Assembly: GCA_965228875.1 (NCBI GenBank)
Contig: OZ245843.1
Location: 434,001 to 498,000 of the forward strand
DNA: 64,000 nucleotides
From: Thalassobaculaceae bacterium
GTDB lineage: Bacteria; Pseudomonadota; Alphaproteobacteria; Thalassobaculales; Thalassobaculaceae
Direction of reading: 5' to 3'
Below are positions 34,416-45,370 of the stretch, piece after piece (the stretch's first letter is position 1; every line of letters starts with the position of its first letter). The notes below the pieces were generated by a model. The model did no database searches, was not told where the DNA came from, and saw nothing but the letters and a program-made list of their open reading frames with translations. The translations under genes were made by a program, and so were the position numbers.

Positions 34416-35453
34416 TTACCGGCCGGCCCGTGCCTTGTTGTACTCCTCCACGCCGATCTCGCCGGCGAGGAACAGGCGGCGGAGCGCGACGTCGGAAAGC
34501 GATGTCAGTTCCTGCAGGCCCGGGGACGACTGAGGTCGCTGAGTGGCTGGTGTCGCGCTGGGTCCGGTCGCTGTCCTGGTCAGCGAGGGTGCGCGTGGCA
34601 GGGTCCGCCGTTTATGGTCAGCGGAAGAGAAGTCCTTCACCAGGAAGCGGGCGTTGTCGAACGCCGTCAGGCGTTGGCCGAGCAACTGCTCCGATCTGAT
34701 CCCTCGCCGGCTCGCATACCAGGCGACATCGTCCGGATTGTACCCGTAGTCCAGGATGATGCGCATGTCGGAGACGGTCCGTGTCACGTTCCTGTCGGGA
34801 TCGTTGAAGCTGTCGTGGGATTTCTGATGGGCCGCGACCTCTGAAATGCGTTCCTCCCCGTCGAAACTGAAGTCGCCGATATATGTCGCTTTGCCGCCCG
34901 TGACGGAGAAGCGGGGAGCGTCGGCGGTCAGAATTCCGTCCTGAATGAACGAAACCTCCTCGTGATTGATCTCGGCCGCGGTGGCGGTGACCGCGGCGAC
35001 GACCAGTGTCGCCGCGAGGCCGACGAACGGATTTCCGCCGATGAACTGCGCGTTGGTATAGGTCTTGGTGATCTCCACGGACTCGATCGCGTAATGCCCG
35101 GGCGGGACGACATAGGTCCAATGCCGGTCGTTTCTTCCGAGTTGCGCCTGGTTGGCGAACTTCACGGCGATGACGTTCGGGTCGTTCGCCACGTCGGGGC
35201 TGCCCGAATCCTCCGCATTGTCGCTGGCGGAGGTTGCCTGGATGATCCGGTTGGTGCGGGGATCAAAGCGGCGGATCGTCATTGTCAGGGGCGTGTGCAG
35301 TAGCTTCGGATCGCGCTGCCTAACGAACAGGATCGCTCCCTGGTTGCGCGTTAGCGTCAGAGGACCCTTCTCTACCATCGGCAGGGTCTTGTTCATGCAG
35401 CCGGCCAGCACGACGGCAATAGCGGCGACCTGCAACGCGATTCCAACATGCAT
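34416..35453 (-). CDS. Hypothetical lipoprotein
   Basis: Hydrophobic leader and LAGC lipobox; 345-aa ORF filling the gabD-gor gap. Confidence 0.7.
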   Translation of the reverse strand: MHVGIALQVAAIAVVLAGCMNKTLPMVEKGPLTLTRNQGAILFVRQRDPKLLHTPLTMTIRRFDPRTNRIIQATSASDNAEDSGSPDVANDPNVIAVKFANQAQLGRNDRHWTYVVPPGHYAIESVEITKTYTNAQFIGGNPFVGLAATLVVAAVTATAAEINHEEVSFIQDGILTADAPRFSVTGGKATYIGDFSFDGEERISEVAAHQKSHDSFNDPDRNVTRTVSDMRIILDYGYNPDDVAWYASRRGIRSEQLLGQRLTAFDNARFLVKDFSSADHKRRTLPRAPSLTRTATGPSATPATQRPQSSPGLQELTSLSDVALRRLFLAGEIGVEEYNKARAGR

Positions 35454-35631
35454 CGAGAGATGATCCTCAAATAGTAGAATTTGTTGATATTGTGTTCGCC
35501 CATGATTGCCAACCCGCCCGTTCCTCCCCGGAAACGATGCGTCCCCGCTTGGCGGGGGTAACCTTTCGCGCTGCGCTGCACTATGTTCGCGTCAACGGAA
35601 CGCATGAACATGCGCAAGCGGGAGATCGGCG

Positions 35632-37011
35632 ATGGCCGGATACGATTACGACCTGATCACCATCGGCGGCGGCTCGGGCGGGGTGCGCGCGTCGCGGCTG
35701 GCCGGGCGCTACGGTGCCAGGGTCGCGGTGGTCGAGGAACTGCGGGTCGGGGGCACCTGCGTCCTGCGCGGCTGCGTGCCCAAGAAGCTGCTCGTCTACG
35801 GATCGCACCTGTCGCACGAGATCGAGGACATGCGCGGCTATGGGTGGTCGGTCGAGGGGGTCAGCCACGACTGGTCGGCGCTGATCGCCGCCAAGGAGAA
35901 GGAACTCGACCGCCTGCATGGCATCTACATGAACCTGCTAAAGGGAGCGGGGAACGATGTGCTGGACGGCCGGGGCAAGGTGATCGATCCCCACACCGTC
36001 GAGGTCGAGGGCAAGCGCTACACCGCCGAGCGGATCCTGATCGCCACCGGCGGCTGGCCGAGCCTGCCGGACGTCCCGGGGATCGAGTACGCCATCACGT
36101 CGAACGAGGCGCTGGAACTGCCGGAGCGTCCGGAACGGGTGGCCATCGTCGGCAGTGGCTTCATCGCCGTCGAGTTCGCCGGGATCTTCCACGGCTATGG
36201 CAGCGAGACCCATCTGATCTACCGCGCTTCCAAGGTGCTGCGCGGGTTCGATGAGGATATCCGGACCGCCCTGGACCTGGAACTGGACAAGAAGGGCATC
36301 GCCCTGCATCCGGAGACCCTGCCGTCGCGGATCGAGAAGACCGACAACTGCTATCTGGTGCACCTGACGGACGGCGAGGTGCTGGAGGTGGATGCGGTGA
36401 TGTACGCCACGGGCCGGCATCCGAACACCAAGGGCATCGGGCTGGAGGAGGCCGGCGTCGAGATGGCGGCGAACGGGGCGATCAAGGTCGATTCCTACTC
36501 GCGGACCAATGTGCCGTCGATCTGGGCGATCGGCGACGTGACCGACCGGATCAACCTGACGCCGGTGGCCCTGGCCGAGGGAACCTGCTTCGCCGAGACC
36601 GAGTTCAACGACAATCCGATGTCGCCGGACCACGAGAACGTCGCCAGCGCGGTGTTCAGTCAGCCGCCGGTCGGCACGGTCGGCCTGACGGAGGAGGCCG
36701 CGCGCGAGGCCTATGGCGCGCTCGACGTCTACGTCTCCGGTTTCCGGCCGATGAAATTCACCCTCACCGAGAACACCGAGCGCGGCCTCATGAAGCTGAT
36801 CGTCGACCGCGAGAGCCAGAGGGTGGTGGGCGCCCACATGCTCGGCATCGACAGCCCGGAGATCATCCAGGGGGTGGCGATCGCGGTGAAGATGGGCGCG
36901 ACCAAGCGCGACTTCGACCGCACCATCGGCATCCATCCGACGGCGGCGGAGGAGTTCGTGACCATGCGCGAGAAACGCCCGGAGCCGGAGGAGCAGCAGG
37001 CGGCCGAGTGA
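35632..37011 (+). CDS. gor: Glutathione reductase
   Basis: [27 protein letters not shown]. Confidence 0.95.
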   Translation: MAGYDYDLITIGGGSGGVRASRLAGRYGARVAVVEELRVGGTCVLRGCVPKKLLVYGSHLSHEIEDMRGYGWSVEGVSHDWSALIAAKEKELDRLHGIYMNLLKGAGNDVLDGRGKVIDPHTVEVEGKRYTAERILIATGGWPSLPDVPGIEYAITSNEALELPERPERVAIVGSGFIAVEFAGIFHGYGSETHLIYRASKVLRGFDEDIRTALDLELDKKGIALHPETLPSRIEKTDNCYLVHLTDGEVLEVDAVMYATGRHPNTKGIGLEEAGVEMAANGAIKVDSYSRTNVPSIWAIGDVTDRINLTPVALAEGTCFAETEFNDNPMSPDHENVASAVFSQPPVGTVGLTEEAAREAYGALDVYVSGFRPMKFTLTENTERGLMKLIVDRESQRVVGAHMLGIDSPEIIQGVAIAVKMGATKRDFDRTIGIHPTAAEEFVTMREKRPEPEEQQAAE

Positions 37012-37067
37012 AGCGCGAGGAGTGTAGGACGGCGGAGTGACCGGCGCTCAACCCACGGACAGTGCCA

Positions 37068-39140
37068 TCACCCGTCGGCCCAGCCGGCCAGTTCCACCGC
37101 CACCCGCTCCAGGACCGGAGCCCAGTCGTCGTCGCGTTCCTGGCGGAACACGCGGGTGTTCGGATACCAGAGCGAGTCGGTGCGGTTGCGGCCCCATCGC
37201 CAGTCCGGGTTCGTCGGCAGCAGCGTCCAGCATTCCTTGGCCAGCGCGCCGGCGAAGTGCACCGTGTTGTTGGCCGGGCACAGCACCAGGTCGACGGCGG
37301 CGACCAGCGCGGCGAGCCCATCCAGATCGAGGATCGGCTCGATCCCGTGGCTGTGATCGATGGCGGAACCGGCCGCGTCGCGGAAGCCGTCGAGATCCTC
37401 CTGCTTCAGGCCGTACTGCAGCGAAATCAGCGCGATGCTGGGCACCGACGCGACGGCGCGCCACAGGCTGATCGGTATGGTGCGCCGGCCGCCGGTCTTC
37501 GGCGCGACCGACCGCCAGGTGATGCCGACGAGTCGCTTTCCAGGATGCCGCTGCTGCAGTTCGGTGCGCAGGCGACCGACGCGTTCGGTGTCGGGCACGA
37601 TCCACGGCTCTGGGGTCGCCGTCCCGCCGCAGAACAGACCGAGCCGGTGCGGCAGGTCGCCGAGGGCGATCTGATACTCGCAGCCGTGGTGATCCTCGTG
37701 CTTTCCGGTCGGCGGATCGACATCGGGCACCGTCACCTGCGGGAAGCTGCGGCGCAGGATCGGGCGGATGCGTGGCTCCGTGAATACGGTCGGGCGGGCG
37801 CCTTGGCGCAGGAGGTGAGGCAGCAGGGTGAGGAACTGAACCTCGTCCCCGATCCCCTGTTCGCCCCAGATCAGCAGACGTTTTCCGGCGATATCCTGAT
37901 CGATCCATTCGGGAATGGTGAAATAGCGGATGAACGGCGCGGCGTCGGGGCTGTCCAGTCTTCGGCGATGCTCTTCCCATCCCTCGGCGAAGCGCTCCTG
38001 GGCCAGCAGAGCCAGGGCGGTGTTCAGGTGGGCAAGCGCATGGCTGTCGCGGATACGGGTCGCGTACCAGCCGTATTTCGACGCCGATACCGGATCGCCG
38101 GCCCGGCCGAGTTCCACGCCGATGTTGTACCAGGCGTCCGGGTCGTCGGGCCGCACGCAGGCGCCCTGGCGCAGCCGGGGAAGAACGTGGGCGCGGCTCG
38201 GATCCTTGGTCGCGAGAAGGGCTAGGCGGTTGTACGGGTCAGAGGCCAGAGGGTTGATCTTCAACGCCCGCCGGGCCCAGCGCGGGTCGTCGAGCAGCCC
38301 GGAAATCTCGCAGTTGCCGGAGATGCTGAGCGGATCGACGATAAGGCCTCTGCGGAACAGCCTGATCGCCTCATCGCTCCTGTTCAACTTCTGCATGCAG
38401 CGCGCCCGGTTGAACAGCGCCGGTCCATGGGCCGGATCGAGTTCGATCGCTTTGCGGAAAAAGTCCTCCGCCTCCGTCCAGTCGCCACGGCCGAAGGACA
38501 GCAGTCCGCGGTTGTTGACGATGTTCGGGCTCGTGGGGTTGATGGCCATGGCCCAGTGGTAGTGGCGTTGCGCCGCCAGCGGATCGTTCAGGTCGCGCAA
38601 CTGATTGCCGAGGTTGAACGCGCCCGCCGGCGAGCCGGGGAGGAGGACCTGTACCCGCCGGAAGCGGGTCGCGGCCTCGGCCTTGTAACCCGCATCGCTC
38701 AGGTCGTTGCCGATTTCGATGAAGACGTCGGGATCCGCCGGTGACAGAACGGTTCGCCGTCGCAGAGCCACGATCCGTCCGGCACCCGTTGCGGTCAGCG
38801 ACAGCCCGACCAGATTGTCCGGCCGGTCGGGTGCCAGGAGGAGGGCGCGGCGATAGCACGGGATGGCGATGTCGGCGCGCGCCAGGTGCCGGGCCACGCC
38901 GCCGAGGTTGCCCCAAGCGGACGCGTTGCCCGGACTGATCGTCACCGCCTGTTCGATCAGCCGGGCGGCATCGATCGGGCGGCCTTCCTCGAACTCCACG
39001 GTGCCGAGCAGGTTGAGCGCGTCGGCATGATAGGCATCGCCGCTTGGGACCCTGCGATAGAGCTTGGCGGCCCGGCCGCGGAATCCCGCCCGTTGGAGAC
39101 GGATGCCTTCGTGCAGGAGATCGAGTGAGGTCTGGCTCAC
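37068..39140 (-). CDS. TPR-repeat protein with C-terminal GT-B (GT9-like) domain
   Basis: Many TPR helices; GKRLLIWGEQGIGDEVQF, SLQY, HFAGAL, DWRW, WYP..RVFRQ. Confidence 0.85.
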   Translation of the reverse strand: MSQTSLDLLHEGIRLQRAGFRGRAAKLYRRVPSGDAYHADALNLLGTVEFEEGRPIDAARLIEQAVTISPGNASAWGNLGGVARHLARADIAIPCYRRALLLAPDRPDNLVGLSLTATGAGRIVALRRRTVLSPADPDVFIEIGNDLSDAGYKAEAATRFRRVQVLLPGSPAGAFNLGNQLRDLNDPLAAQRHYHWAMAINPTSPNIVNNRGLLSFGRGDWTEAEDFFRKAIELDPAHGPALFNRARCMQKLNRSDEAIRLFRRGLIVDPLSISGNCEISGLLDDPRWARRALKINPLASDPYNRLALLATKDPSRAHVLPRLRQGACVRPDDPDAWYNIGVELGRAGDPVSASKYGWYATRIRDSHALAHLNTALALLAQERFAEGWEEHRRRLDSPDAAPFIRYFTIPEWIDQDIAGKRLLIWGEQGIGDEVQFLTLLPHLLRQGARPTVFTEPRIRPILRRSFPQVTVPDVDPPTGKHEDHHGCEYQIALGDLPHRLGLFCGGTATPEPWIVPDTERVGRLRTELQQRHPGKRLVGITWRSVAPKTGGRRTIPISLWRAVASVPSIALISLQYGLKQEDLDGFRDAAGSAIDHSHGIEPILDLDGLAALVAAVDLVLCPANNTVHFAGALAKECWTLLPTNPDWRWGRNRTDSLWYPNTRVFRQERDDDWAPVLERVAVELAGWADG

Positions 39141-39162
39141 GGTCCGGCGCTGTCCTTTCTAC

Positions 39163-40467
39163 TCAGTTCGCGCTCAGTTCGCGGGCCACGCTCGCGACGA
39201 CCGGCGCCCAATCTCCGTCGCGTGCCTGGCGATGGAGGCGGGCGCCCTCATACCATCGACATGCGTGTCCGTCCTCTCCCCACCGCCAGTCCGGATCGGT
39301 CGGCAGCATCACGTGGCAGGGCATGCCGAGGGCGCCGGCGAAATGCACCGTGTTGTTCGGTGGCGACACGATCACATCCATGGCCGCGACCAGGGTGGCG
39401 AGACCGTCGAGGTCGTGGAAGATGTTGATGCCGTGGTCGATGTCGAGAAGGTCGCCGAAAGCCGCCATGTCTCTGTTGCCGGGCTTGTACTGCAGCGAGA
39501 TCAGCGCCACGTCGTCGAGATCGGCGATCGGGAACCAGTGGCTCGGCGCGACCGTTCGTCGCCAGCCGTCGTCGGCCAGGCTGGTCCAGGTGACGCCGAC
39601 CAGCCGCTTGCCCGGATGCCGGCGTTGCAGCCTTTCGCGCAGGCGCAGTCGGCGCGCGGGATCGACCCGCAGGTAGTGGCGTGGACGGGCATCTCCGGTG
39701 GTGAACAGGCCGAGGGCCGCCGGCAGTTCGCCGGCGCAGATCCAGGCTTCGGCCGGGGGCAGTTCGGCAAGCACGCCGTCGGCGTCGGGCGCCTCGACGT
39801 GAAGGTCGGGAAAGCTGCGTTGCACCAGCGGTTTCAGACGGTTCGTCACGAGCAGGGTGAGGGTACCCACGCGGGCGCGAGCCGCCTCGACCAGCGTGAG
39901 GAACATGACGGCGTCGCCGATACCCTGCTCGGTGACGACGCGAAGCCGGCCGCCGATCGGTCGTCCGTCCCACTCCGGAAGTTCCGGCCAGATCATCGTC
40001 GGATCGGCGCCGAGAGCCTTGTACCGTGCCCGGTACAGCGGCCAGCCCTCGGCGAACGCGCCCCGCCGCATCAGGACGACGCCGGTGTTCATGCCTTCCA
40101 TGTGGAAAGGCGCACCCGCGGCCCGGGCCCGGGCCCAGCTTCGCAGGGCCGTGTCGGTGGCACCGAGTCGCTTGTATACGTTGCCGATGTTGATCCAGGC
40201 CTGCCATTCCTTCGGGTCGAGCAGGATCCCGCGGCGACCGGCGAGCTCCGCCTCGCGGACCCGACCGAGCTGCCATAGGGCATGTGCCTCGCGGTGGCGC
40301 GGCGGTGGGGCGAGGGGATGGGCGAACCGGGCCCGCCTGGACCAGGCGAGGCCTTCCAGGGGGGCGTCGGCCATCCGCGTCCCCGCCCAGGCGTGCATGG
40401 CCCGAGGGTCGTTCGGCCGCGTCACGACGATCCGCCGGATCTGCTCGGGAGGGAGCTTCTCGCTCAT
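39163..40467 (-). CDS. Short TPR + GT-B (GT9-like) protein, paralog of its neighbour
   Basis: PEWDG, EQGIGD, SLQY, NNTVHFAGALG, DWRW. Confidence 0.85.
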   Translation of the reverse strand: MSEKLPPEQIRRIVVTRPNDPRAMHAWAGTRMADAPLEGLAWSRRARFAHPLAPPPRHREAHALWQLGRVREAELAGRRGILLDPKEWQAWINIGNVYKRLGATDTALRSWARARAAGAPFHMEGMNTGVVLMRRGAFAEGWPLYRARYKALGADPTMIWPELPEWDGRPIGGRLRVVTEQGIGDAVMFLTLVEAARARVGTLTLLVTNRLKPLVQRSFPDLHVEAPDADGVLAELPPAEAWICAGELPAALGLFTTGDARPRHYLRVDPARRLRLRERLQRRHPGKRLVGVTWTSLADDGWRRTVAPSHWFPIADLDDVALISLQYKPGNRDMAAFGDLLDIDHGINIFHDLDGLATLVAAMDVIVSPPNNTVHFAGALGMPCHVMLPTDPDWRWGEDGHACRWYEGARLHRQARDGDWAPVVASVARELSAN

Positions 40468-40772
40468 GAGGCGGCGGGCGCGTCCTTCAGTTCGATTTCC
40501 ATGAACACGATCTCGCGGTCGTCGTCGTTGATGACGTCGTGCTTGACGCCGGCCGGGCGGGCATAGGGTTGGCCGACGACCATCTGTGCCTCGACATCGC
40601 CGTCCGGTGTGGCGATTCGGAGTTTGCCGCCGCTGGTCGGCACGATCACGTAGGCCATGTCGTGGGTGTGCCAGCCGGTCGCGGTGCCTGGCGCGAGACG
40701 CCATTCGGTGACCCGGACCCGGTCGTCGTCGATGTGAAGCGTGGACTGCGCGGCTGGAAACGTGTCGGTCAT
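40464..40772 (-). CDS. Cupin domain protein
   Basis: [25 protein letters not shown]. Confidence 0.85.
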   Translation of the reverse strand: MTDTFPAAQSTLHIDDDRVRVTEWRLAPGTATGWHTHDMAYVIVPTSGGKLRIATPDGDVEAQMVVGQPYARPAGVKHDVINDDDREIVFMEIELKDAPAAS

Positions 40773-40952
40773 GGAATCCTCTCGTTTGGGGTTGGCGAAC
40801 GATGCCCGCTCGCGCGCCGGCGCGCAACGCGCGGTGCGGCCGGCCAGGGCGGAAATCGGCGCGAATCGGCTTCCAGTGCGGCCGCCGCACTGATAGAACG
40901 CCGGAACAAGAACAGCCGTTTTCCGAGACCCAATCCCCCGAGGGAGGGCGCA

Positions 40953-42338
40953 ATGACGACCGAGTGGACCCCGACGACCTGGCGCGACCGGCCGATCCGG
41001 CAGGTGCCCGAGTACCCCGACCGGGAGAAGCTGGACGGCGTGCTGTCCACACTGCGCACCTTTCCGCCGCTGGTCTTCGCCGGCGAGACCCAGCGCCTGC
41101 GTTCCTCGCTCGCCGAGGTGGCGGCCGGCCGGGCCTTCCTCCTTCAGGGCGGCGACTGCGCCGAGAGCTTCGCTGAGTTCTCCGCCGACAACATCCGCGA
41201 CACCGTGAAGGTGCTGCTACAGATGGCGGTGGTGCTGACTTTCGGCGCCGCGCTGCCGGTGGTGAAGATCGGCCGTCTCGCGGGCCAGTTCGCCAAGCCG
41301 CGTTCCGCGCCGACCGAGGTGATCGACGGCGTCGAACTGCCGAGCTATCGCGGCGACATCATCAACGGGATGGAGTTCGACGAGAGTTCGCGCGTGCCCG
41401 ACCCTGAGCGGCTGCTGCGCGTCTACAACCAGTCGGCGGCGACCCTGAACCTGGTCCGCGCCTTCGCGACGGGCGGCCTCGCCAATCTCGAGGACGTGCA
41501 CCGCTGGACCTTGGGCTTCGTCGAGAAGAGTCCGGAAGGCGAGAAGTTTGAACAGATCGCCGGACGGATCGAGGAATGCCTCGCCTTCATGCGGGCCTGC
41601 GGCGTGACGCCGGAGAGCGTGGCGCAGCTGCGCGAGACCGATGTCTACACCAGCCACGAGGCCCTGCTGCTCGACTACGAGGAGACGCTGACCCGGCGCG
41701 ACACCATCACCGACGACCGGGGCTGGTACAACACCGCCGCCCACATGGTCTGGATCGGCGACCGCACACGCAACCTGGACGGCGCCCATGTCGAGTACTT
41801 CAAGGGCATCCACAATCCGATCGGCCTGAAGTGCGGCCCGAGCCTGGAGCCGGACGAACTGATCAAGCTGATCGATGCGCTGAATCCGGACAACGACCCT
41901 GGCCGCCTGACCCTGATCGCCCGCTTCGGCTCCGACAAGGTGCGCGACGGCCTGCCGCCGCTGGTCCGCGCGGTCGAGCGCGAAGGCCGGCATGTGGTCT
42001 GGTCCTGCGATCCGATGCACGGCAACACGGTCAAGTCCTCGACCGGTTACAAGACCCGGCCGTTCGACCGGATCCTGTCCGAGGTGCGCGCGTTCTTCGA
42101 GGTGCACGAGGAGGAGGGGACCTATGCCGGCGGCGTGCATTTCGAGATGACCGGCCGCGACGTGACCGAATGCATCGGCGGCGCCACCGGGGTCACGGAA
42201 GAGGCGCTGCGCGACCGCTACCATACCCATTGCGACCCGCGCCTGAACGCGGCCCAGTCGCTCGAGCTGGCCTTCCTGGTGGCCGAGATGCTGGTGCGCC
42301 GCCGCGGCGGCGTGGTGCCGTTCAAAGCGGCGAGCTGA
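40953..42338 (+). CDS. Class II DAHP synthase
   Basis: [39 protein letters not shown]. Confidence 0.96.
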   Translation: MTTEWTPTTWRDRPIRQVPEYPDREKLDGVLSTLRTFPPLVFAGETQRLRSSLAEVAAGRAFLLQGGDCAESFAEFSADNIRDTVKVLLQMAVVLTFGAALPVVKIGRLAGQFAKPRSAPTEVIDGVELPSYRGDIINGMEFDESSRVPDPERLLRVYNQSAATLNLVRAFATGGLANLEDVHRWTLGFVEKSPEGEKFEQIAGRIEECLAFMRACGVTPESVAQLRETDVYTSHEALLLDYEETLTRRDTITDDRGWYNTAAHMVWIGDRTRNLDGAHVEYFKGIHNPIGLKCGPSLEPDELIKLIDALNPDNDPGRLTLIARFGSDKVRDGLPPLVRAVEREGRHVVWSCDPMHGNTVKSSTGYKTRPFDRILSEVRAFFEVHEEEGTYAGGVHFEMTGRDVTECIGGATGVTEEALRDRYHTHCDPRLNAAQSLELAFLVAEMLVRRRGGVVPFKAAS

Positions 42339-42430
42339 CGCGATCGCGGGAGAGGGGGCGCCGTTCTCCTCTTTCCGCCGCGGTGCTCCAGGCGCTAGTC
42401 TCCAGGGCCTTGAGATTGGCGGAATGTCCC

Positions 42431-43645
42431 ATGAGTGCGATCGAACGCGATGAGGACGGCGGGTTGATCCCGACGGCGAACGACCTGCCGACGACCCTGC
42501 GTCATCCGACGCCGGCGACCCTGTCGGCCTATGTCGACAAGTATTTCTCGCGGACCAAGGACTGCGTCGCCGCGTTCGGCGACAAGCGGGTCACCTATGC
42601 GGTGTTCATGCGCCGGCCGGTCACCTGTGCGCCGCGGCTCGCGGTCGACTGGCTGAAATGGGTGATGGCCGAGCGCGGCGTCGAGGTCGATGTTCAGGAA
42701 CTGCACAATGAAGGGGCCTGGGTCGGCGCCGGCGAGCCGATCCTCTATGTCACCGGTTCTTTCTACCACCTGGTCGACCTGGAAACGCAGTACCTGCAGA
42801 AGCTGGGGGCGGCCTGCGTCGCGGCGTACAATGCCTACACCATGTGCGTGGAACTGCCGAAGACCGCCTTCCTCGCCATGGATGCGCGGCACTGCGCCGG
42901 GACCGAGATGGGCGAGATCATGGCCTATGGCGCCAGCGTCGGCTCGGCCAAGGCGAAGAAGAAGGTCGGTGCCGTCGGGTTCGTCGGCAACGCCACTGAC
43001 GCGACGGCCCACTACTTCGACCAGAACCGGGGCTTCGGCACCATGCCCCACGCGCTGATCGGCTACGCCGGTTCGACCGTGCGCGCCGCGGAGATGTTCC
43101 ACGAGACCCATCCGAGCGAGAATCTGACCGTGCTGGTCGACTATTTTGGCCAGGAGATCACCGACGCGCTGGCGGTCGCCAAGAGGTTTCCCGAACTGGC
43201 GTCGGCCGGGCGGCTGGCGGTGCGCCTCGATACCCATGGCGGGCGCTACATCGAGGGACTCGACACCGCCGAGGCCTATGCCGTGCTGGACCGCAACGCT
43301 CCGGAAGCGATCCGTGGCTACCGCACCGAAGCGGAACTGAGGTCGCTGATCGGTACCGGCGTGTCGGCGGCGGCGATCTGGTCGATGCGCGAGGCGCTGG
43401 ACATCGCCGGGTTCGACAAGGTGCGCATCGTCGCCTCATCGGGATTCGGGCCCGAGAAGTGCCGGGTCATGGCCCTGGCCAGGGCGCCGGTGGACGTCGT
43501 CGGCACCGGCTCCTATCTCCCTGACAAGTGGAGCGAGACCTATGCCACCGCGGACATCATCGATTATGATGGCGAACCGCGGGTCAAGGTCGGACGCGAG
43601 TTCCTGCTACGCAAAGGAGAGGCACGATTTCCGACCGGTTCCTGA
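42431..43645 (+). CDS. pncB: Nicotinate phosphoribosyltransferase
   Basis: DKYF, MDARH, GTMPHALIG, LVDYFG, VRLDTHG, ASSGF, VGTGS. Confidence 0.82.
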   Translation: MSAIERDEDGGLIPTANDLPTTLRHPTPATLSAYVDKYFSRTKDCVAAFGDKRVTYAVFMRRPVTCAPRLAVDWLKWVMAERGVEVDVQELHNEGAWVGAGEPILYVTGSFYHLVDLETQYLQKLGAACVAAYNAYTMCVELPKTAFLAMDARHCAGTEMGEIMAYGASVGSAKAKKKVGAVGFVGNATDATAHYFDQNRGFGTMPHALIGYAGSTVRAAEMFHETHPSENLTVLVDYFGQEITDALAVAKRFPELASAGRLAVRLDTHGGRYIEGLDTAEAYAVLDRNAPEAIRGYRTEAELRSLIGTGVSAAAIWSMREALDIAGFDKVRIVASSGFGPEKCRVMALARAPVDVVGTGSYLPDKWSETYATADIIDYDGEPRVKVGREFLLRKGEARFPTGS

Positions 43646-44361
43646 TCGTCGTTCACCAGAAAACGTCCACCCCCGGCCGCGTCGGCCAGCTGCTGGAGGA
43701 GCGGGGCTACACACTCGACCGCCGCTGTCCCTGCATTGGCGATGACCTGCCGGACGACGTCGGCGCGTATGCCGGCGTGGCGGTGTTCGGCGGACCGATG
43801 AGCGCCAACGACTGCCAGCGGCTGGACGGGATCCGCGACGAGATCGACTTCACCAAGCGGGTGCTCGACGCCGACGTGCCGTATCTTGGCCTGTGCCTCG
43901 GCGGCCAGATTCTGGCCCGCGCCATCGGCGGCACGGTCGAGCCGCACCCCGACCGGCATGTGGAGATCGGCTTCACCGAGGTGCGGCCGACCGCCGTGGC
44001 CGAGGACGAGGGCCTGTTCGAGCACTCGACCCATTTCTATCAGTGGCACCGCGAGGGGTTCGACGTCCCCGCCGGCGCCACCCTTCTGGCGGAAGGCACG
44101 AACTCCTTTCCGAACCAGGCGTTCCGCTACGGTGAGCGCGCCTACGGCCTGCAGTTCCACCCGGAGATCACCATCGAGATGATCCACCGCTGGAACATGG
44201 GCGGGGGGCATCGCCTCGGCGCCCCGGGCGGGCAGCCCAAGCGGGCCCAGGTCAAGGGGTGGGAGCTGTTCAACGACGGTGTGCGTCGCTGGACCCTGGC
44301 GCTGTTCGACCGGCTCGGCCTGCACCCGGTCCGCGCGCCGCTGCAGTCCGCCGCCGAGTAG
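43627..44361 (+). CDS. Class I glutamine amidotransferase-like protein (probable ATT start)
   Basis: GGPMSAND, GLCLGGQ, QWH.E.F, LQFHPE; N-terminal FLIVVHQ..PG lies upstream of the first canonical start. Confidence 0.85.
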   Translation: MSDRFLIVVHQKTSTPGRVGQLLEERGYTLDRRCPCIGDDLPDDVGAYAGVAVFGGPMSANDCQRLDGIRDEIDFTKRVLDADVPYLGLCLGGQILARAIGGTVEPHPDRHVEIGFTEVRPTAVAEDEGLFEHSTHFYQWHREGFDVPAGATLLAEGTNSFPNQAFRYGERAYGLQFHPEITIEMIHRWNMGGGHRLGAPGGQPKRAQVKGWELFNDGVRRWTLALFDRLGLHPVRAPLQSAAE

Positions 44362-44407
44362 GGGCGAATAGGCTCGCCTGCCGGGCCGCCTCGCGCTATC
44401 GGAAGGC

Positions 44408-45358
44408 ATGCGGCTTCTCTTCGTCACTTCCAACCGCCTGGGCGACGCGGTTCTGTCGACCGCGGTTCTAGCGCGCCAGCTCGACGACAACCCGAACGCG
44501 CGTGTCACGGTGGCCTGCGGCCCGGTGGCGGCGCCGCTGTTCGAGGCGGTACCGGGGATCGAGCGGGTGATCCGCTGGCGCAAGGAGAGCGCCGGCCGGC
44601 ACTGGCTCAGGCTGTGGACCGAGGTTGCCGGTATCCGCTGGGACCGGGTGGTGGACCTGCGCGGCTCGGCCCTGGCCTGGATCCTGTGGACGGGCGAGCG
44701 ACGCATCTACCGCACGCCCCGCGGCGACGGTCATCGCCTGGAGCAGATGGCGGAAGCCCTGGGCCTCGCCCCGCCGCTGACCCCTCGTCTGTGGATCGGC
44801 GAGGAGGATGCCCGCACGGCACGCGATACCCTGGGCGAGGACGACCGAGCGATCCTGGCGCTGGCGCCGACGGCGAACTGGCCGCCCAAGGCGTGGCCGG
44901 CCGACCGGTTCGCAGATCTGATCGGCCGGCTGACCGGCGATGGCGGACCGTTGCCCGGCGCCCGCATTCTGGTTGCCGGCGGCCCCAGCGAGCGCGGCCT
45001 CGCGGCCCCGGTGCTGGATGCGGTCCCGGCGGACCGGCGGATCGATCTGGTCGGGACGGTGCCGCTCATGGCGCTGGCCGCGTGTTTCGCCCGGTGCCGG
45101 CTGGTGGTCGCGAACGACAGCGGGCTGATGCACCTCGCCGCCGCCGCGGGCGCGCCGACACTGGGCCTCTTCGGGCCGAGCGAGGAGAGGCACTACGCGC
45201 CGGCCGGACGTCGCGCCGCCTGGGTTCGGTCGCCGGTACCGGCGGCGGACCTGCTGGCGCGTTCCGGCACGGTGGACGGGCGCCCGGGCGCACTGATGGA
45301 CGGGCTGGCGGTGGACACGGTGGAGCGGGCGGCCCGCACGCTTCTCGAGCGGCATTGA
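44408..45358 (+). CDS. GT9 (heptosyltransferase-like) glycosyltransferase
   Basis: RLGDAVL, K.WP, NDSGLMHLAAA..P.LGLFGP. Confidence 0.88.
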   Translation: MRLLFVTSNRLGDAVLSTAVLARQLDDNPNARVTVACGPVAAPLFEAVPGIERVIRWRKESAGRHWLRLWTEVAGIRWDRVVDLRGSALAWILWTGERRIYRTPRGDGHRLEQMAEALGLAPPLTPRLWIGEEDARTARDTLGEDDRAILALAPTANWPPKAWPADRFADLIGRLTGDGGPLPGARILVAGGPSERGLAAPVLDAVPADRRIDLVGTVPLMALAACFARCRLVVANDSGLMHLAAAAGAPTLGLFGPSEERHYAPAGRRAAWVRSPVPAADLLARSGTVDGRPGALMDGLAVDTVERAARTLLERH

Positions 45359-45370
45359 GGCGGAGGACGC

